Shown here piece after piece: positions 49,780 to 55,492 of a DNA stretch of 55,492 bases. Under the pieces are notes generated by a model. It did no database searches. It was not told the origin of the DNA and worked only from the letters and a program-made list of their open reading frames with translations. Made by a program: the position numbers and the translations under genes. This DNA is from Chromera velia (lineage: Eukaryota). How positions within the stretch are numbered: the stretch's first letter is position 1; the number at the start of each line of letters is the position of its first letter. The stretch is taken from contig JAHBMJ010000137.1 of NCBI GenBank assembly GCA_018398765.1, positions 1-55,492 on the forward strand, written 5' to 3'.

Positions 49780-50710
49780 CGTTGGTTAAAGAGAGGAAAA
49801 AAGGCTGCTCAATACTAAACTCTCTCTTTAATTGGTTTTGTTTCTTCTTTTTCCCGAATTCAACTGTTCAAAGTAGTTCAAAGCTCTTTGGGTGCCCGTT
49901 GCAATGTTTGGTCTTGATTATGAAGCCCTCCCTCTCAGACAGTCAGATGTCTAATGTCTTGATGCATTGAAACTCCATTTTGTTCGTTTGTCATTTGGTT
50001 TGTCCCATAACTCTTTTGTTTCTCCCTCTCTTCACTTTTTTGGTTTGGAACCCTTTGGTTGTCTCAGCAGAACTTGTCTGCTTGCAAAACAAGTAGCCAG
50101 CTTTGTTTAGTCTCTCAAATCTCTAGTTAAATCTATAGAATGCGCCTTGCCCACGGCTGTATAGGAGGCCTGCATCGCTGGTTCTTATGCTTCCTTTGCC
50201 AGTGTTTCCTCCACCAAGCGTCTGGCTATGCCCCTTAACAATTCTCTCCTGGCAGACACAGATGAGCCATGTCAAGAAAAGCCAAAAAAGAAAGGAAATA
50301 TAAACGAAAAGAGACGTGTCGCAAGATCGAGACGAATCAATGGCTTAGTGAATGGGCTAACAGACAGGAAGTCAACAGGAATAGAAACAGAATCTTTCAT
50401 CCCCTTGTTGTGCTCACTGATTTCCAAAGGGAGAACCCTTCTAGACAGAGGCTCTCCATGCATGCTCCTTCTTGCAGAAAGGAAATGGCAGTCACGTCCG
50501 TCAGACACAGGAATCGATCTGCACATACCTAGGCACATATGTACGTTGTCCCCCAGCTTGTCTTCTTAAATCCTCTGCAAATATCCGCCCTCTTCTGAGA
50601 GCGATGACGGGTGGTTATGTATAGCGAGGGGAGCTACAGAAGACCTACTCAGCCAAAGAGTTAGCCTGCTCTGACAAAAAAGTTCGTAATGAAATCTACC
50701 TACTCACAGA
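49780..50710 (-). mobile_element. Probable piggyBac-family transposase relic (C-terminal part, many stops)
   Basis: Minus-strand pieces in the expected order: DFITNFFVR (DNFFxS-like), DGRDCHFLS (WxDxRxVxxLS-like), PLEISEHNKGMKD (PxxIxxYNxxMGGVD-like), and RELLRGIARRL (RxFLxxLxxxL-like). No TTAA-bounded TIR was found. Confidence 0.45.
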
Positions 50711-51039
50711 ATGTGTGAACATAGAAGGGGAGAGATGGAAGTTTGACAAAATCATCAGCAGAATAAAGGAGTGCACACCAATTGAGAAACAGGTGAAAAT
50801 TGTGCAATGAGTGGCTGTCTCAGCTTGTAGAGGAATGTAGGAGAGTGAAAAGAAAGTCCGAGAGATGATCGCTTTTACATCTTCATTCCAGCCTTGGGCG
50901 GGTATGAGGGCGGTAAAGGAGTGTATAGCCAAATTGGCGTGAGTTCGTGTTATCATGTGTGAATGGGTCGATCCGCTAGATTAACAAACCAACATTGCAT
51001 ATCATGCCCCGTTTACTCAATATATACTTGTACGGTTAC

Positions 51040-51279
51040 CTAGGCCCTGCACTAGCTAAATAAAAAAAGAAAAAAAAAAGTTTTGCTAGTTTTTTATTTT
51101 TTTATTTATTTATCCACCAAACAACAGTTGTTTTTCATGCAACACTCAAACCATACTTAAACAACAGTTATTTATGTAGTTAAAAGGCTGAAAAATAAAA
51201 AAAAAATCGATTAAAAAAAAAGTTTTCTTAGTTTTTTTTTTCTTCTTTCATCAATCAATCAATCTAGTGCACGGCCTAG
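51040..51279. mobile_element. MITE, copy 2 (hAT-like 8-bp TSD)
   Basis: 16-bp TIRs CTAGGCCCTGCACTAG (51040-55) and CTAGTGCACGGCCTAG (51264-79) match at 15/16. Exact TSD ACGGTTAC at 51032-39 and 51280-87. Confidence 0.92.
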
Positions 51280-51470
51280 ACGGTTACTAAGGTATAAAAA
51301 CGTGTGATCGTAATGAAATTTACCCTATGGAAATAGCTAGGAAAATAATGTATTTGCTGAGTTCATCGCACAGTCATGTACAACACAGTTGTACATACAA
51401 CATCGATGCTACTACAGCGGTGAAGGCAAATCGCGCGGATGGTCGAGAATTCAGCCACATCCGTGCAGCA

Positions 51471-53138
51471 TCATTCATTTGCAGTTTCCCACAGCGCATC
51501 CCATGCAGCATCAGCATCTGCATCGTGCCCCCCATATTCCCATCCCTCCTCCTCCTCCTCATCGTCCCCCCCATATTCCCATCCCTCCTCCTCCTCATCG
51601 TCCCCCCCATATTCCCATCCCTCCTCCTCCTCATCGTCCCCCCCATATTCCCATCCCTTCTCCTCCTCCACTCCACCCCCTCCACCGTCTTCGCCCTCTG
51701 ATCCCGACCCGCCTCCCTCCTCCCCGTCCGCATCCGAAGAATCCGAATCAGACTCGGAATCAGAATCCAAATCAGAACTGTCCGGCAAATTCTCGAAAAA
51801 CTCTAACAACGGAGAGTCGCCCTCACCATCTTCATCCCCCCAATTGGACGCTGCCTCATCATAGGCAGTCAACCCCTCTGCACTCTCCACTGTATGGTCA
51901 ATTCCCTTCTCGACAAGCAGCTGCGCCACCTGCAGCTTCTGCTGCTCCCGCCCCCTTAGATCGACAACCATCTCACCAAAGTCTCTTATCATCAACGGGT
52001 AGGGGTCCTCAATCTCGGCAGCCCAATGGAGGGCTGTTCGTCCGTCGGGGTCTGTGGCATTCACATCGGCTCCTCGCTCAATAAGCAGCCGCGCCACTAG
52101 CACGGAGCCATACAGAGCGGCAACGTGGAGGACCGGAACGCCGTTATTGTCTCTCGTGTCAACCTCCGCACCCCGGGACAATAGCAACTCTGCAATCTCG
52201 ACATTGTCTCCCCACCCCGTGTCTTTCCTCATTGTGAAGAAAAATTCCGTCCATCCCCTAAAATCCCTTTGCCCTACTGCCATACCCCTGTCAAGAAGAA
52301 AATGAACTGCCTCCCTCTGTCCCCCCATCACAGCGATGTGAAGCGCAGACCAGCTCTTGTGGTCTTTCGCGTTCAGGTCAGCTTGGCGGGAGAGAAGCAA
52401 TTCAAGAACTTCGATGTGGCCTTCCATGGCCGCACAGTGGAGTGGAGGCACTCCAAAAATATCAACGGCATTCGGATCTGCACCCTCAGAGAGAAGGTAC
52501 TCTGCAATTTCAAGCTGTGGACCCTCGTTACACGCAAAGTGGAGTGCCGAGAAACCAACCGGGTCTCCCTCTCCGCACTGGACCTGAAGGTCCGCACCTG
52601 CCTCCACTAACAATTTCACTGCACCCAAACTGCCTTCCACAGTCGCCAACATGAGAGCAGTCTCCCCCTGAACCAACCCGTCTACGTGCGCACCCACATT
52701 CAGGAGCAACGAGAGGTCATCAAGGCTCTCACTCTCCACCGCAGCGCAGAGGGTCTCGGGCTCTACAGCCTGAAAGGAGCGAACGTGATTTGCCACGTCC
52801 ATTTCGAACAAGGCAGACAGGTCCATCTTGAAATACTCACTGAAAATCTGATCCAGCGCTGCGTGTGCATCTCTCTTGACAGTCTCACAAGACTTCATCA
52901 GTGCGGCAAGTGCACGTGCCACCTTCAAATTGGGGGGTGGGGAAACAGAGGAATCCCCATCCTCGGAAGTCTCAAGAGTACTGGAAGGGTCAGAGATCGC
53001 ACCTACGACATTCGCGAGCACTTTTCTTTTTTCTCCCACCGCCTCGGCAATCCGGAAGAGGGAATTTTCGAACTCTTCGATGCTGTTCAACACAGAAAAG
53101 GGAAGAGTCGAACTGTGACTTCCGGCGTCTGCCTCCAT
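51471..53138 (-). CDS. Intronless ankyrin-repeat protein with acidic repeat tail
   Basis: Likely ATG at 53138 (MEADAG...). About 7 ankyrin repeats (GETALMLA, GFSALHFAC, GVPPLHCAA, SWSALHIAV, GVPVLHVAA, GRTALHWAA). The tail carries GWEYGGDDEEEE repeats. Confidence 0.92.
   Translation of the reverse strand: MEADAGSHSSTLPFSVLNSIEEFENSLFRIAEAVGEKRKVLANVVGAISDPSSTLETSEDGDSSVSPPPNLKVARALAALMKSCETVKRDAHAALDQIFSEYFKMDLSALFEMDVANHVRSFQAVEPETLCAAVESESLDDLSLLLNVGAHVDGLVQGETALMLATVEGSLGAVKLLVEAGADLQVQCGEGDPVGFSALHFACNEGPQLEIAEYLLSEGADPNAVDIFGVPPLHCAAMEGHIEVLELLLSRQADLNAKDHKSWSALHIAVMGGQREAVHFLLDRGMAVGQRDFRGWTEFFFTMRKDTGWGDNVEIAELLLSRGAEVDTRDNNGVPVLHVAALYGSVLVARLLIERGADVNATDPDGRTALHWAAEIEDPYPLMIRDFGEMVVDLRGREQQKLQVAQLLVEKGIDHTVESAEGLTAYDEAASNWGDEDGEGDSPLLEFFENLPDSSDLDSDSESDSDSSDADGEEGGGSGSEGEDGGGGGVEEEKGWEYGGDDEEEEGWEYGGDDEEEEGWEYGGDDEEEEEGWEYGGHDADADAAWDALWETANE
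51525..51668 (-). repeat. Coding 36-bp tandem repeat x4 (GWEYGGDDEEEE)
   Basis: CCCCCCATATTCCCATCCCTCCTCCTCCTCATCGTC repeated on the + strand. Confidence 0.9.
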
Positions 53139-54304
53139 CGAGCCTATACGTTCTGTTGTGGTATCAGGATCGATTTCTTGATACGTACTCGCGCAAAAGC
53201 GGGCGAAGCAGGCTGTTTCCCAGCTTTTCAAACAGTGCCGATGCGTCTAACAAGACTTCCTCTGACAGTGTAAATTAACGAGTCGATGTGTTGGTAGCTA
53301 TTGCCAGGTCCGACGGGGATTCAGATGCATGATTCTCGGCATTCCTCGGCGATTTCTCGCCACTGCCGTCTCCGCGGTCATCGGCGGCAGGGTGGCGCCA
53401 TAGGTGGCGCGGCGCGCGCCCATGCAGGAATGGCGATATTGCTAGAGACGGTTGACGATCGTCCAATTTAGGCCTGATTGATTCTACTTAAGGGAAAGCT
53501 CTTACAGTGCCGCAGGGAGGTCTACTACCATGCATCTGTTTGCTGGTTCGTTGCATTCCTCCTGCTTGTACTGTTACTCTCAGACTTTTACCTACATTTC
53601 TTCCTTTTTTTTCCGTACTCCATATAGCCAGTTCGGTTCGGTTTGCGTTTTTTGTCTTTGTGCTTCGAGGTTTGAAGTCAATCTTTCTTGGTATTTTGAT
53701 TTGAACTCGAAATGTTTCGCCACTGGCAGGCCATTTTGCAAGTCTTAAGCCTCTTTTTTGTTTACTCCGGTCGTCGTTTATGTCCTCCAGCCGTCGGTCT
53801 TCACTGAGGGTCATGGCCATGGTTCGTTGACCTTGGTATTGAACGCTGGTGACGATGTACCCATCCTACCATCCGAGGCACCAACCAAAGAGGCCCCAGG
53901 AAACAGTGAATCGCGCATAAAGACCGACCGCGCCAAGTACAATATCCAGAACTGAATATTTGGGTGAATATTCGAAGACCAAGTGAAACAGCTCTAGAAA
54001 GGTTGATCAAGAAGTAAATCAGGTTTCATCTAGCTTTCATTCTTCTTCTTCTTCTTCTTCTTTCCGGAGGAAAACCAAACTGCTGACTGACTGACTGACT
54101 TAGATTGATTGATTCATCGATTGATTGATAGGAGTTTTCCTCGGGAAATCGCGAGGAGGAACTTACTTGACTTAGGTAGGTATGCCTCTTCAATGGTGAC
54201 GCAGCGTTCGTTCTCCCTTTTGACAGAGTCAGATTGTTTCCTTGCCAGCGCCAAATTTTGTCTTCAGAATTCTCATTTCACTTTCTTGAACTCAGTTTGA
54301 AAAG

Positions 54305-55492
54305 ATGTCCGCTGAACCCTCCGAGGAGTCTTCAGCTGGACTTTCTGATCCTGCTGAGAATGGACAAGTCTCTGCCTCAGAAAATGTCAGAGTCCTCTAT
54401 CGTTTGAGAAATCGAAACATCACTGCCTCTTCTCCCTCTGTTGTTCTCTCCGGAGAGCTGATTGCAGATTCTCGCTTGAGTCAAGGGGGGGGCTCCGGAC
54501 CTTGTTCTTCTGCCTCTGCTACGGCCATGGAATCTGGTCAGCAAAATTCTTCTTCTCCCATTTTCCCTTTGGCTGAAAAAGATAATCCTCCGGGTCCTCC
54601 ACCCCAGACCGTTCCACAAATCTATCCGGTAACTGAGCCACCTTCATCTCCGCTGCCCGTTTCCCCTTCTGCCTCCGATTCTGGTATCCGGACTGGTTTT
54701 TCAGGTTTTGGTTCTGCTTTGACAGTTCTTTCTGTCCCGTCTCATTCGGTTTCGTTCCCCGTCTCTCAACAAGGTGCGCTCAGTGACAGTGCGGGACCCC
54801 GTGTCCCAATCGCTTCCCTGGCTGCTACTGTTCCGAATTTGTCGTCACTTTCTGTTCCTTAGCCATTTCCTTCCACTCCTTCGTCGGACTCTTCTCTAAT
54901 TGACCGCCAGATTTCGCAGTGCTTGGCCGTGCCTTTATCTTACCCTCTTTCCGTGCCCCATCCTTCCACCTCACGCGAACTGTTTTCGATCCCTGAATCC
55001 ATCTCTGTGTCCGCAAGTGATGCACGCCCGGGACAGCACGTCTCATCGGCTGCCCATGATTTGTTGTCAGGAAGTCCCCCTTCTCAGTCGAACGCGCCTT
55101 TCCTTTCTGCCACTGTCCCGGTCCTGTCATCAGTATCCAGTGTGTCTGTTGCCCCTCTTTCCATTTCCATTCCTTCTCATCAGCCTGCTGCCACGAATGC
55201 GGGACATGCAGTCTCACACGTGTTATCAGGCTCGCAACCTTCCTTTTCTCAATCATCTCCTTCAGTGCCGACCGTCTCCCACACACAGACAGCTCTTGAG
55301 AGTGATGACAGTCCTGCAGCAGATCGAGATCGTTTGGTTTTGCCTCCCTACTTCCCCCCTTCGACTTCATCCTCTGCCATGCCATCTTTGAGCCCGTTTG
55401 TTTCCAGTTCTCCCTCTGACGTGCCGATTCCCCTTTCTCATCATTCCCCTCCTTCCCTTCCTTCGGGTGCACTCTCTACTCCAAACACAAGT
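54305..55492 (+). pseudogene. Ser/Pro-rich ORF with one in-frame TAG, possibly the 5' ORF of a retroelement, truncated by the right edge
   Basis: ATG at 54305. The frame stays open after TAG 54860-62 to the window end with unchanged composition. YRLRNR near the N-terminus resembles YxLRxR motifs of retroelement ORFs. No intron microsatellites. Confidence 0.45.

Noticed and set aside
277..54862. Stop-codon reassignment explaining the in-frame TGA/TAG codons (277, 1243, 4693, 27250, 54860)
   Set aside because: Conserved kinase, ankyrin and resolved iGluR exons have no internal stops and end on TGA/TAA. The stops occur only in TE or decayed sequences, often together with frameshifts.

Overview
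Eukaryotic, intron-rich genomic DNA. Microsatellite-filled introns, abundant TGCATGCA, GC-rich exons and AT-rich intergenic islands suggest a chromerid/apicomplexan-related alveolate such as Chromera; this is inferred from sequence style only. From left to right the window holds: (1) a decayed Ty1/copia-type element (gag-protease-integrase) running off the left edge; (2) a disrupted SPRY-like gene; (3) a spliced ionotropic glutamate receptor-like gene, head-to-head with (4) a spliced STE11/MAP3K-type kinase; (5) a frameshifted, intronless secreted-protein gene; (6) a large acidic IQ/EF-hand-like gene, head-to-head with (7) a probable divergent mitochondrial uS2; (8) a degraded RING+ankyrin gene, head-to-head with (9) an RRM gene; (10) a probable piggyBac transposase relic; (11) an intronless ankyrin-repeat gene; (12) a Ser/Pro-rich, possibly retroelement ORF running off the right edge. 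The best non-obvious observations are a MITE family with CTAGGC..TGCAC terminal inverted repeats and exact 8-bp target-site duplications (two full copies plus fragments), a strong bias toward GTC (C at +3) 5' splice sites, and signs of a possible RIP-like C->T mutation process acting on repeats. Exon boundaries were assembled by eye, and no database searches were possible.
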